64,000 bases of DNA, from assembly GCA_029856145.1 (NCBI GenBank), contig JAHQWK010000002.1, positions 64,001 through 128,000 on the forward strand, written 5' to 3'. Numbering within the stretch: position 1 is the first letter of the stretch; every line of letters begins with the position of its first letter. Below the pieces are notes generated by a model. It had not been told where the DNA came from, did no database searches, and was given only the letters and a program-made list of their open reading frames with translations. Source of the DNA: Promethearchaeia archaeon. Lineage in GTDB: Archaea; Asgardarchaeota; Lokiarchaeia; Sigyniarchaeales; SOKP01. The position numbers were made by a program, and so were the translations under genes. Below are positions 20,556-29,724 of the stretch, piece after piece.

Positions 20556-20812
20556 ACATTCGAAAAATTGACACACACGTAGTAAAACATATTGCATCGA
20601 TGGCATTTTGGTATGTGATAGGATTTATCACATTGGTATTAATTACAGAGGGAATCTTACCTATGAATAGGGATTTCGGAAATTGTATGGGAATATTAGT
20701 AGATATTATGATTTTCTTAATCATCTTAGCCGATCTTATGGATATCAATAAACCTACAAAACGGGAAAAAACACGCAAATATTGGAGAAAGAAAGATTAC
20801 TGGGATCTTTAA
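20552..20812 (+). CDS. Small 2-TM protein
   Basis: ATGA overlap with the ATP-cone gene, GGAGG upstream, two hydrophobic helices. Confidence 0.65.
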   Translation: MNIRKIDTHVVKHIASMAFWYVIGFITLVLITEGILPMNRDFGNCMGILVDIMIFLIILADLMDINKPTKREKTRKYWRKKDYWDL

Positions 20813-20907
20813 ACCATCTAACTATACTAAAATTTGTCGGAGTCTTGAGGTTTAAATCTCTATAAATCAATTTTTTCTCATGTGAGCAAATATTCTTCTT
20901 ATTATGA

Positions 20908-21057
20908 TTGGGTATTACAATTCCAAAAGGAAAAAAAAGATACATACGGGATAGAAAGAACTCTTTAGGACTATATCACCCTCAATTTGAAGCATTTCTT
21001 AAAGAATGGAAGAAAAAGAATTTTCCAACTAAAGAAAAGAAGGAAAATGAAAAATAA
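20908..21057 (+). CDS. Small basic protein (49 aa, not in ORF track)
   Basis: TTG-started MGITIPKGKKRYIRDRKNSLGLYHPQFEAFLKEWKKKNFPTKEKKENEK*; overlaps the next ATG; degenerate T-run motif 30 nt upstream. Confidence 0.5.
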   Translation: MGITIPKGKKRYIRDRKNSLGLYHPQFEAFLKEWKKKNFPTKEKKENEK

Positions 21058-21337
21058 TTTGGATATTGAATCAGAGTTAAAAAAAATCGAAAGTAGATTT
21101 AATCACTATTTAGACAATTGTAGTAGATTCTATGATAATATCTTTATTATAAAGATGAACTCGTTTCTCTCTCAGTTTCCCTCAAATATCGTAGAGCAAT
21201 ATAGGTGGATGCGAAATGGTGGAACCCAGAAACCGGCTCTCTACTTTCAAAACCTCAATAGGATCATAAAATACCATGCAAAAAAGAATAAGTATACCAT
21301 AATAAAACCGTATAATTTAGATGTATTTCTTAATTAA
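21047..21337 (+). CDS. Hypothetical protein
   Basis: ATG 21047 (MKNNLDIE...) preferred over TTG 20987 because it overlaps the end of the small upstream ORF. Confidence 0.55.
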   Translation: MKNNLDIESELKKIESRFNHYLDNCSRFYDNIFIIKMNSFLSQFPSNIVEQYRWMRNGGTQKPALYFQNLNRIIKYHAKKNKYTIIKPYNLDVFLN

Positions 21338-21378
21338 GGTTCTGCAACTAACTGTCGAAATTATTAAATTTTCTATAT

Positions 21379-21705
21379 ATGAATCCGAGAAAAGTTGTCA
21401 AACAACTGGTATTTTTTGCGAAAAGAGAGTTTAAGGAAAAGAAGCCCCTTGCTGTTCAAGTTTTACGAGTAAAAAGTGAGCAGATTTTTACGAAAGGTGG
21501 CCCATTGAAAGAATTAAGCGTAAGGCGTGTTGTAGGGGCGTTCTACTTAGTGGTGGTGGAATATAAAGAGAATATCAGAATTTACTATTATTCCAAAAAG
21601 GGGGAGCTCTTAAAGGCACAAAATCTTGAGAAAAATAAAAAATTGATGGAAAATATTAATAAATCAACCATACGAGAATTTCAAATTGGTAATCTTAAAC
21701 AGTAA
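21379..21705 (+). CDS. Hypothetical basic protein
   Basis: 108-aa ORF with ATG and an upstream TATA-like box. Confidence 0.6.
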   Translation: MNPRKVVKQLVFFAKREFKEKKPLAVQVLRVKSEQIFTKGGPLKELSVRRVVGAFYLVVVEYKENIRIYYYSKKGELLKAQNLEKNKKLMENINKSTIREFQIGNLKQ

Positions 21706-21718
21706 AGAAAGAAGGAGA

Positions 21719-21738
21719 GGAGTAATTAATATTACTCC
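21719..21738. terminator. Hairpin between convergent genes
   Basis: GGAGTAAT-taat-ATTACTCC, perfect 8-bp stem. Confidence 0.35.
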
Positions 21739-21837
21739 TAGTTGTTATTCTCACGACAGACAAAAAAGGATAGTTCGAGGTAAGGCAGTGATTAAACAAT
21801 AATTCTAATGAAGGTATATAAAGTCCACCCAAAAAGA

Positions 21838-22281
21838 TCAAACATGACAACTACAAAGGGTTTGACCATGATCCCATAATTGATCTATTTTTTCTCCTAA
21901 TAATTCATTTCTTGTTTTAACTTCTTGCTCAAATTTATCAAATTTATGCATATCATGATTCCAGTTCTCTATCATTTGTATCGGATATAGCTTACAAAAT
22001 TTCTCTGCTATATGATTTAATTCGTAGAGTGCTACTTTTTCTTTGGTCTTTGTGGAAAATGTCGCTACGAAAAGCAGGTCACGTTTCTCAAGAATCTTGT
22101 ACTCGAATTTGTTGGTGGTAAAGCGTAGTAAGGTTTCTTGTAACCCTGTTTGAGCAAAACTATACAAAGCACTGGTGAGTCCTCCTAAACATTGGTCATC
22201 GGTGTTATGATGTATGATCTTACTGAAAAGAATCAATCCATATTCCTTAAGAATCCATAAATCTTGTAAATGTTTGATCAC
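21838..22281 (-). CDS. Longin-like domain protein
   Basis: LWILKEYGLILFSK..DDQCLGGLTSALYSFAQ..LLFVA..ELNHIAEKF, a typical Asgard longin/roadblock pattern. Confidence 0.75.
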   Translation of the reverse strand: MIKHLQDLWILKEYGLILFSKIIHHNTDDQCLGGLTSALYSFAQTGLQETLLRFTTNKFEYKILEKRDLLFVATFSTKTKEKVALYELNHIAEKFCKLYPIQMIENWNHDMHKFDKFEQEVKTRNELLGEKIDQLWDHGQTLCSCHV

Positions 22282-22702
22282 GTTTAACCCTCAGTAAAAA
22301 AATACCTGTTTTCTTACCATATACCCTTAACAATTCATATATTTTTACATATATTTAAATGTATACTCAAAAATTTCAGATTAAATTGAAGAAAAAAATA
22401 TTGGTTAATGAGAAGATTAACTTTTAAAAAAATAATTTTTTACCTTACTTTTAATTAACAATTAATTTTATCTATAATTTCAACTAACCCATAAAGCTGC
22501 CCAAGAATTTCTCCTTCAGTTCCAAAAATTGGCATTTTTGCTAATTCACTAGATATGATTGGATTAATTTGTGCTATATTTTCTAAGTCTGAAACTTAAT
22601 CCTATGATCTTAATATATTACTCTTTGTCTATTTAATAAAATATATATAATAAAAGATGCATATAAAAACGTAAAGTAATTACTATTAAAGAGGGACGAC
22701 TA

Positions 22703-23950
22703 TTGGTCGATTATCCAATTCTTTCAAATTGTGAGATAAAACTTACCAAACTTGTCTACGATATTCAACCATCATGGGCAGCAAATAGCCCCGCTCTTAG
22801 AGGTCTGTTTCCTGGCTATTCTGAGATTCCTTATTTATGGATGATTGTGTTTAAAATTGACGGTCTTCAAACAAGATTTGTAATAGAGAAGGTTGGAGGG
22901 AGATTTATAGGTAAATTCCAATTACAAGAAGGATGGGAGATACATGTCGATGTACGTCCGGGCTCTCCAGGTGGGATAACAAATGCAAATTTTGGGCATG
23001 GTAATATAGGAGGTGGAATGGAATATGGTGATGAGAGAAATATTGAATCAATCTTTGTAACAAATATCGGTTATCCTTTTAAATTTCGATTTGGTGACCT
23101 TGTTCCTATACCCTATTCTGTCCCAATATTTGACAAATCGGGTAATATACCCGCTATTATTGGATGTATTACGCTTTTATTCCGGCAATATGATACCCCA
23201 AATAGCGCTGTTTTGGAGGGTGCGCAAACTTGTGTTGAAGCAATTAGGGATGGGCTTAATAGTTTGATTGTTGACTTTGAACATGATTTTACAGATTATA
23301 TCAATCAATTGGACTTTACGGAACCCCCAGAAGTTATACTTCCTACTGAGGAAATAGATGATCTGAAAGCTGTTGTAAAAAGGAGAGTAACACAGGCGAT
23401 TGAAAGAAAAACAAGAGAAGAAACATCGGATTGGGATAAATTTCTTTATTGGATAGGAGTGAATATGCCGGATGAGCTAGTTGGGATTGGAGATTGGATA
23501 TGGCAAACTGATGATCTGATAGATGACTGTATCGCAGTTGAAGATACGCGCAAAGCTACAAGATATATTACATGGTTTAGTGCTGAACTAGTTAAAGGCA
23601 CACAGCAATTTCACTGGCCAGACAGCCCTGATGAAATTCCAATGGAAATAAAGAAGGAAATTTTCGGGGAGTTAATTGCTGAAAAGATTAAATGCTTTAT
23701 CGCCTCGGCAACATTTGGAAGTGAACTTTATCCGAGATTAAACTTATTGCGAAATTGGCGTGATAAAGTCTATAATAATAATAGAATTGGTCAAGAATTA
23801 ATCCATCTATATTATGAAAAGTCTCCTTTTTTTGCAAATATAGTGTCTCGGTCGAAGCATTTGAGAATATTAGTTAGAAGAATTCTCAAACCTATTATTA
23901 ATTCCATTCATCGTCATCATCCGAAATGGCAGCATTATAGAAGTAAGTAA
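22703..23950 (+). CDS. Protein with C-terminal CFI-box-CTERM domain
   Basis: KCFIASATFGSE..LNLLRNWRDK..G..LI.LYY..SP. Confidence 0.8.
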   Translation: MVDYPILSNCEIKLTKLVYDIQPSWAANSPALRGLFPGYSEIPYLWMIVFKIDGLQTRFVIEKVGGRFIGKFQLQEGWEIHVDVRPGSPGGITNANFGHGNIGGGMEYGDERNIESIFVTNIGYPFKFRFGDLVPIPYSVPIFDKSGNIPAIIGCITLLFRQYDTPNSAVLEGAQTCVEAIRDGLNSLIVDFEHDFTDYINQLDFTEPPEVILPTEEIDDLKAVVKRRVTQAIERKTREETSDWDKFLYWIGVNMPDELVGIGDWIWQTDDLIDDCIAVEDTRKATRYITWFSAELVKGTQQFHWPDSPDEIPMEIKKEIFGELIAEKIKCFIASATFGSELYPRLNLLRNWRDKVYNNNRIGQELIHLYYEKSPFFANIVSRSKHLRILVRRILKPIINSIHRHHPKWQHYRSK

Positions 23951-23960
23951 TTTTTTTTAT

Positions 23961-24317
23961 TTATAATTTCAAATTCTTCTTTCTCAGCTCTTTTATTCGT
24001 TTATATTCTTCTTTATTTTTCTTCTTAATTTTCTTTCTATGTGTCCAATCGTGGCACGGTTTACATATTATTATCACATTTCTATGATTAGACCATCCCA
24101 CTCCGCCATACCAATTAGTATAGCTCGTATGATGATAATTAGCACTAGCCAAAGATTTAATTTCCTTACATTTATCACATAGAAACTTATTATTTGGTAT
24201 ATCTAATCCTTTCTTTTTCCATTTCTTACGCCTTCTCTCTAACGCCTTTATTTTGGTTTGTCTCCACGCTTCAGTATGTAAAAACCTTCTATACGAGTTT
24301 TTATAATTTTTGCCCAT
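23961..24317 (-). CDS. HNH endonuclease
   Basis: CDKC..NYHHTSY..N...ICKPCHDWTH. Confidence 0.8.
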   Translation of the reverse strand: MGKNYKNSYRRFLHTEAWRQTKIKALERRRKKWKKKGLDIPNNKFLCDKCKEIKSLASANYHHTSYTNWYGGVGWSNHRNVIIICKPCHDWTHRKKIKKKNKEEYKRIKELRKKNLKL

Positions 24318-24370
24318 TATTTCTCACTTCTATTTAGTTATTTATTAATAAACTCTAAATCTTTTTAATC

Positions 24371-24868
24371 CTATCCAATTTTCTGGCAGAATATCTCTCT
24401 TAATGAGAAATGAACATTTTCTTCGTGATATAGTTCACACTCTATCGTAAATAAAAAATATAACCATTCTGTCAAAGCTACAATAACTTTTCTTAGGTTT
24501 GCGATATAGGATTTAAACATACTATCATAATATTTTTTACTTAAGGTATCACCATCCCATAAACTAATGAGGGGAATTCTCCTTATCTGAGCCGATTTCA
24601 ATCTAAGAAAGATGCGTTGTGATAGATCGTGAGCCTTAAATTTCCATCTTTCAGATTTCCGTTCTATATACCAGAGATCAAATCTTTCTTGAAGAAAAAA
24701 GAGTATAAATTGCAATCTCTCAAATTCATCTACTATTTTTCCATTTCTTCCTGAGGGAGTGAAGGGAATTTCGGGGTATTCATACATATCCAAAATATTA
24801 ATGATTTCTTGAGTGATGTCTTGAACTGATTTTCTCGAAGAAAAGTAAGAGCAAACCATTATTTTCAC
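24371..24868 (-). CDS. Hypothetical helical protein
   Basis: 165-aa ORF whose GTG directly follows the stop of the upstream small Zn-finger gene. Confidence 0.6.
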   Translation of the reverse strand: MKIMVCSYFSSRKSVQDITQEIINILDMYEYPEIPFTPSGRNGKIVDEFERLQFILFFLQERFDLWYIERKSERWKFKAHDLSQRIFLRLKSAQIRRIPLISLWDGDTLSKKYYDSMFKSYIANLRKVIVALTEWLYFLFTIECELYHEENVHFSLREIFCQKIG

Positions 24869-25006
24869 CTAACTATTGTTTTTACATGATTCGCAATTAA
24901 CTTCTTCGAATTCTTCCAAATCACTTCGATACACTAAGATTGAACCTCTTCTACCACAAACTTTACAGTGAGTTTGTTTTCTAGTATTATTATCAATATA
25001 CATCAT
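24869..25006 (-). CDS. Small Zn-finger protein (45 aa, not in ORF track)
   Basis: MMYIDNNTRKQTHCKVCGRRGSILVYRSDLEEFEEVNCESCKNNS*; CxxC-x20-CxxC; T-run promoter 32 nt upstream. Confidence 0.7.
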   Translation of the reverse strand: MMYIDNNTRKQTHCKVCGRRGSILVYRSDLEEFEEVNCESCKNNS

Positions 25007-25030
25007 ACTACACATTATTATTAATAAAAA

Positions 25031-25047
25031 TATATAAAGAAAAAATG
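25031..25047 (-). promoter_or_regulatory. T-run/TATA promoter (CATTTTTTC TTTATATA)
   Basis: 32 nt before ATG 25006; divergent context. Confidence 0.65.
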
Positions 25048-25268
25048 GCTATATTTTTGTCTTACATGATATACTCTCAAGGCATAATATAAATTAAAAC
25101 AGAGTATGGAATTTCATTAAAATTTCTTCAAATTGTAAAATGTCTTAGAGTTTGAAAAAATTCAAGCTTTCGCCGAACAGTTTGATAGAAATCAAACTAT
25201 AGAGCAAGATTTATATATATGTCTATCTAATTTATAAAATAACAAGAATCCGAGAGATTATTAAAGTT

Positions 25269-25646
25269 ATGAGCAAAAAAATGAGAATACCGACCATATG
25301 TACCAAATGCAAGTGGTTTAATGTGATAGGGTGTATGTACGATGAGGAGTTAGGGGATGGTTTTAAGCCTAATATTCAGTGTTTCGAACCTGTTAATAAT
25401 CCTTCGTATCCCCCTACAAGAGAAATTAATGATAAATTCTTTGAACTCTATTACAAAAAATTATATACATTAGAGCACGCGTTTATAACACAGAAAGGAG
25501 CATATAATGATGGTTCTGTCTTTATATCTGTACTTGCACGTAGTATCGAACTACTTGAAGAATCTAAGAAAGAGTTTATATCATTGCAAGAAGCATTTCG
25601 TAAATATCCTAAGACTTTTGAAGATGGTTTTAATTATTTCAATTAA
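25269..25646 (+). CDS. Hypothetical protein with N-terminal Cys cluster
   Basis: CTKC..GC..C; a paralogous C-terminal remnant at 26788 supports coding status. Confidence 0.7.
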   Translation: MSKKMRIPTICTKCKWFNVIGCMYDEELGDGFKPNIQCFEPVNNPSYPPTREINDKFFELYYKKLYTLEHAFITQKGAYNDGSVFISVLARSIELLEESKKEFISLQEAFRKYPKTFEDGFNYFN

Positions 25647-25771
25647 TTCATAGCGACATAAAAAGCTATCATAAGAAAATATCAATAATCTTCCAGCCCC
25701 TTGTAAATTATAATACTGAACCATCATTATCTTCATAATTTTCCATATATTCTTACATTAATCACAGGGCA

Positions 25772-26782
25772 ATGGAAGATAAAGAGGTATTAATTGCATA
25801 TAATCAAGAATTGGGGAGAATCTTTAAGATAGGTTATGGACTGCCAAAAAATCCCAAGAATTATACCTGGCTTTGCAAAAATTGTAAGAAACCTGTCTTT
25901 TATAATGAACATTTAAATTGTTTTAAGCATCGTGGATTGAAACCTGAAGGATTCGAACCTGAAACAATTGAACATAAGACAATGAAAGATTATTGGTATA
26001 ACATCTTTCCGAAATTTAATCCTATCTACAAACGTGAAAAAGAATATTGGTTAGAGGATCAAGTCGCGGATGTCTATTTTGAAACCAGAGAAGAAAAAAA
26101 AGTAGCAATTGAATGTCAAAATTCACCGATCACTTCTAAAAAGCTTATAGAACGAACGAAAAAATATGCAAAAAAGGATATTTACGTGCTCTGGATATTT
26201 AATGGTTCAGGTACGTGTGTATCTGAGCATAAAGCACCGCTTAATATGGATAAAGTTAGAGTGTTGGGAGTAGAAAAGAGAGTTCAGAAATTATATGGTG
26301 GACGAGTGTATTATATGAATGTAAAAGGAGAACTTACCTTCGAAGAACCTTATGCACTTCACTACTCTCCGTATTTTGAAAATCAAGTATCAGAAACCAG
26401 TATTTATGGTCATGATAAATATTATAAAGAATTTCAAAGTACCACTCATGGTTATATTTCAACCTATAAAATCGTATATAATGACTATAATGGGTATAAA
26501 CTTGCACGATTTATGGATAAGAATGTGAGTATATCCTGTACTGAACAACTTCTTATTTGTATAAATGAATATTGTAATAGAAAAATGAGAGAAGATAATC
26601 TTGAAGAAGGTGAAGAGGTCAAAATACCGGTGGAATATCTGATTGATCTTGTTAAGGAAGAATTCGGATATTACTTGCCCTATCTCATTCTAAAAAGGTC
26701 GAAACGGATAAAAAAAGTGAGATCTGAAAAAGTCTTGGATGATAAGTATCAAGTAAAAGATATAATAACAGTTAAAATCTAA
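25772..26782 (+). CDS. CoiA-like PD-(D/E)xK nuclease
   Basis: CKNC..FKH..ETIEH Zn module; ADVY..VAIECQNSPI..ERT..Y....YVLWIF. Confidence 0.85.
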   Translation: MEDKEVLIAYNQELGRIFKIGYGLPKNPKNYTWLCKNCKKPVFYNEHLNCFKHRGLKPEGFEPETIEHKTMKDYWYNIFPKFNPIYKREKEYWLEDQVADVYFETREEKKVAIECQNSPITSKKLIERTKKYAKKDIYVLWIFNGSGTCVSEHKAPLNMDKVRVLGVEKRVQKLYGGRVYYMNVKGELTFEEPYALHYSPYFENQVSETSIYGHDKYYKEFQSTTHGYISTYKIVYNDYNGYKLARFMDKNVSISCTEQLLICINEYCNRKMREDNLEEGEEVKIPVEYLIDLVKEEFGYYLPYLILKRSKRIKKVRSEKVLDDKYQVKDIITVKI

Positions 26783-26787
26783 AACAT

Positions 26788-26871
26788 TATAAAAAGGATT
26801 TTCTAAAATTGTAAGAAGCGTTTAATAAATATCCTAAGAAAGTGGAAACTGAAATGAGATATTTTAACTAA
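26788..26871 (+). pseudogene. C-terminal remnant paralogous to 25269..25646
   Basis: YKKDFLKL*EAFNKYPKKVETEMRYFN* aligns without gaps to SKKEFISLQEAFRKYPKTFEDGFNYFN*. Confidence 0.75.
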
Positions 26872-26905
26872 TTCCTTACTATCTTGAAAAGGAAAAATAG
26901 GGATT

Positions 26906-27070
26906 TTAGTATAGATGATTTGATTTTAGATCCTTGCATTTTTGAATGAATTCTGAGCATACTTTACATCGAGAAACATGACAATGCTCGTTCTTTGGCA
27001 AGACGCAGAGATGAATAAATGGACATGAAAAAAGATCATTTTCAGGATAATTTCTAATTTCACTTGTCAT
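26906..27070 (-). CDS. Small Cys-rich protein (54 aa, not in ORF track)
   Basis: MTSEIRNYPENDLFSCPFIHLCVLPKNEHCHVSRCKVCSEFIQKCKDLKSNHLY*; 6 Cys; motif variant ATTTTTTTA TTTAAAAA 34 nt upstream. Confidence 0.7.
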   Translation of the reverse strand: MTSEIRNYPENDLFSCPFIHLCVLPKNEHCHVSRCKVCSEFIQKCKDLKSNHLY

Positions 27071-27209
27071 AATTATTTTACATTTTACCTTGGCCTTTTT
27101 TAAATAAAAAAATCAGAATGTAGGATTTTAAAACTCTGGAGGGTGTAAAATTTTTAATTCCTTTTTTAAGGGGTTTTTCTTTAAATGTAAAGATTAGAGT
27201 TAAATCTAT

Positions 27210-27317
27210 TTGAATTCAGTAGAAAAGAACAAGAATAAATCAGAAATTAAAAGAAGAGACTTACTTGAAAAGTCCTTTTTCTCTCAATATCTATCATTTT
27301 TCTCTAAAAATTCCTGA
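27210..27317 (+). other. Short ORF or truncated gene start convergent on the HEPN gene
   Basis: TTG 30 nt after TTTTTC TTTAAATG; MNSVEKNKNKSEIKRRDLLEKSFFSQYLSFFSKNS*; overlaps the 3' end of 27284..28996. Confidence 0.35.
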
Positions 27318-28996
27318 ATTTTATTAATTTCCTGCTGTGAAAACACAGTATTTATTATATAGTTATTAATAATAAATTGGTTCAGAGGTTTCGTATCAGA
27401 GATATTATATTTCTTAGCAACATGGCGAACTTGAAATCTGAGTAAAAAGGATAAAAAATGCAAATAGGTGTTATTTATATGTTTTTTGTTATCATGGAGT
27501 AATTTGTTAATTTGAGCATTGGCCATTTCTTCATGGGTGATTTCGTTTCTAAAACTATTGAATTTTAATAACTTATCTTCGAGATTTTTGGGAAATTTAA
27601 AATTCTTTATTCTTGGTGGAGTCTTGGTTATTCCGTTTTTTCCAAAATTATCTTCATATAGGACATCAAATTGTGTGATAAACCGTAGTACAAATCTAAA
27701 CTTGTCTGAAACTCCATAAAGTTTTACCCAATCTGGAATTTTGAGTTTTTTCATGTTTGAGTTAATAACTTGTCTGATTAATTCTGGAATGGGCTGAGAT
27801 GTTTCCTGTTCCTCGATATTTTTCTTTAGTAATTGGAGTAAATCAGAAAGTTCATTCAATATTGTTAATCGTATTTTGGAAGGTCTTGATTTATCCTTAC
27901 ATACCTTATCTAATTCATTCATTCGTTCAAGAATCCAATTTTTATATGCATTCCAATTCGTTTTTAGGGAAGGAATTGGAGGTATGTCTGATTTATGTTC
28001 TGGCTTCAATAAAGATGGCTGTGAAGTAGAGGAATCTTGTAGAGGAAGATCTAATCCTAACTTTCTAACAATATTTTCAAAATCTACCTGATCTGATTCT
28101 GTAAGTTGATAACCTGATATATTCATCTGATACCATTCTTCCACAAAATCATTTGGAATTCCCTCTTTCCAATGATGATTTTTCAAATATCCATATAGTT
28201 TCTGAGGGTTATATAATTCATCAAGCTCTAAGTGGGCAGGATTGACTTTTTTACTTCTATATTCGTGTAATAATTGGATAAACTCTTTTCCAAGAGCTCT
28301 ATTTGTGGAAATAAGTACTTCATATTCATCTGAAAAATCGTTTAACTTCTTTGGAGTCTTAAATTTCATGTCTTTGGTATCTGGAATATTTATATCATAA
28401 TACTGGCTGGTAAATTCTAATATTGAACTCCAATGTTTCTTATCATATTCACTCAAAATATCAGGTAAAGTTTCTAAAGTACCAGTTTGATTTAATTCTT
28501 TGAATATTCGAGTAGCAGCAATTTTAATTTTTTGAATATTTTCCTGCAAAATATCTTCATCCTGAGAATCTGATATTAGAGAGGTCTCAAACTCTAACTC
28601 TTTAGGAGTAAGGTTATAATTTAAAAATTGGTTATTTTTTTTATTGAAGAACACAAATCTACTTCCATTCGCTAAATTACTGATATTTTCATTGGAATTT
28701 ATGATGCACCTAATACCGTCTAACGCCATCAACTCTTTTACTTTCCCTCTATCCACATTAAAAATAAAGTAAAGAGTGGGATTTTGAGAATAAGAATTTG
28801 AGCTTTCAAATTCTAAGATCTCTTTAAGATTATGTAGTGCGGTGGATTCAAGATCAACTATGTTATATCCTGCGGTAAATATCTCTAACCCATGGAGATG
28901 CTTTAAATCCACATAGGGAAATACCACTAGATTTTTCTGTTGAAAAAATAAGATATTGAGAAATTCCGGTTGGATAAAATCTGATCCTGTATCCAT
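27284..28996 (-). CDS. Multidomain protein with a C-terminal HEPN-like (R-x4-H) putative RNase domain
   Basis: KFNSFRNEITHEE (27533-27550) lies in a helical C-terminal region after P/S-rich linkers; third gene of an operon with mglB-mglA; GGTGA upstream. Confidence 0.55.
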   Translation of the reverse strand: MDTGSDFIQPEFLNILFFQQKNLVVFPYVDLKHLHGLEIFTAGYNIVDLESTALHNLKEILEFESSNSYSQNPTLYFIFNVDRGKVKELMALDGIRCIINSNENISNLANGSRFVFFNKKNNQFLNYNLTPKELEFETSLISDSQDEDILQENIQKIKIAATRIFKELNQTGTLETLPDILSEYDKKHWSSILEFTSQYYDINIPDTKDMKFKTPKKLNDFSDEYEVLISTNRALGKEFIQLLHEYRSKKVNPAHLELDELYNPQKLYGYLKNHHWKEGIPNDFVEEWYQMNISGYQLTESDQVDFENIVRKLGLDLPLQDSSTSQPSLLKPEHKSDIPPIPSLKTNWNAYKNWILERMNELDKVCKDKSRPSKIRLTILNELSDLLQLLKKNIEEQETSQPIPELIRQVINSNMKKLKIPDWVKLYGVSDKFRFVLRFITQFDVLYEDNFGKNGITKTPPRIKNFKFPKNLEDKLLKFNSFRNEITHEEMANAQINKLLHDNKKHINNTYLHFLSFLLRFQVRHVAKKYNISDTKPLNQFIINNYIINTVFSQQEINKIQEFLEKNDRY

Positions 28997-29035
28997 ATTA
29001 TCACCTTAAATTAAAATTAAATAAAAAAATGGAAT

Positions 29036-29701
29036 TTAATCTTCCTTAAAATAATGAATAATAACTTGAAGTATCAAATCTGTAAACGATTGTACCACAT
29101 TTTCTCCTTGTAATGCTTCAGCGGGATATACTACCAATGTACCGTCGGGATATGATTCTTGGAGTGGAAGGCCCAAATGTAATTTAAAATCTTTTACTGG
29201 AATTGCATCCTTTAAATCTCGTTTATTCAGCTGTATTAAATAGGGAATTTGTTTCGGTTTCGCAAAACTTACCAGCTCTCTGAAACTTCTTTTGTTCTGT
29301 TCAATTTTTTCTGGATTAGAATCACCAATAAACATAATGCCATCTGCCCCATCTAATACATATTCACGAGTTGAGAGAAATCTTTCTTGTCCAGTACATG
29401 TCACCACATGGCATATAATATTAAATGTAACATCGTGTAGTGTAAAATTGAATAGTAAATACAATGAATCCTCCCAGAGTGTCCTTCCTTCCGTAGTTTC
29501 AATAGAATATCCCTTAGTGAGCTTCAACAGATCAAATTTTTCTCTGAGCCTGAAAAAATTGGTGGTTTTCCCACTTTCACCTGGACCCCAATATACGATC
29601 TTAAATTGAATCATGTTCTGGGAATCATTAAAATCAAACTCTTCACTCACTTCCACTTCAATCTGATCTAATTTATCTATATCTCTCTGTTCTAATTCCA
29701 T
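29036..29701 (-). CDS. mglA: MglA-family small GTPase
   Basis: KIVYWGPGESGKTTN, intrinsic-Arg motif RTLWED, TxxGQ in place of DxxGQ, GADG, NKRD. Confidence 0.88.
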   Translation of the reverse strand: MELEQRDIDKLDQIEVEVSEEFDFNDSQNMIQFKIVYWGPGESGKTTNFFRLREKFDLLKLTKGYSIETTEGRTLWEDSLYLLFNFTLHDVTFNIICHVVTCTGQERFLSTREYVLDGADGIMFIGDSNPEKIEQNKRSFRELVSFAKPKQIPYLIQLNKRDLKDAIPVKDFKLHLGLPLQESYPDGTLVVYPAEALQGENVVQSFTDLILQVIIHYFKED

Positions 29702-29724
29702 TTAATCACCTGAGATTTTGAATC

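Noticed and set aside
25503-25730. 13-bp inverted repeat ATAATGATGGTTC / GAACCATCATTAT
   Set aside because: Short, AT-rich and isolated; cannot be distinguished from chance or a tiny remnant.
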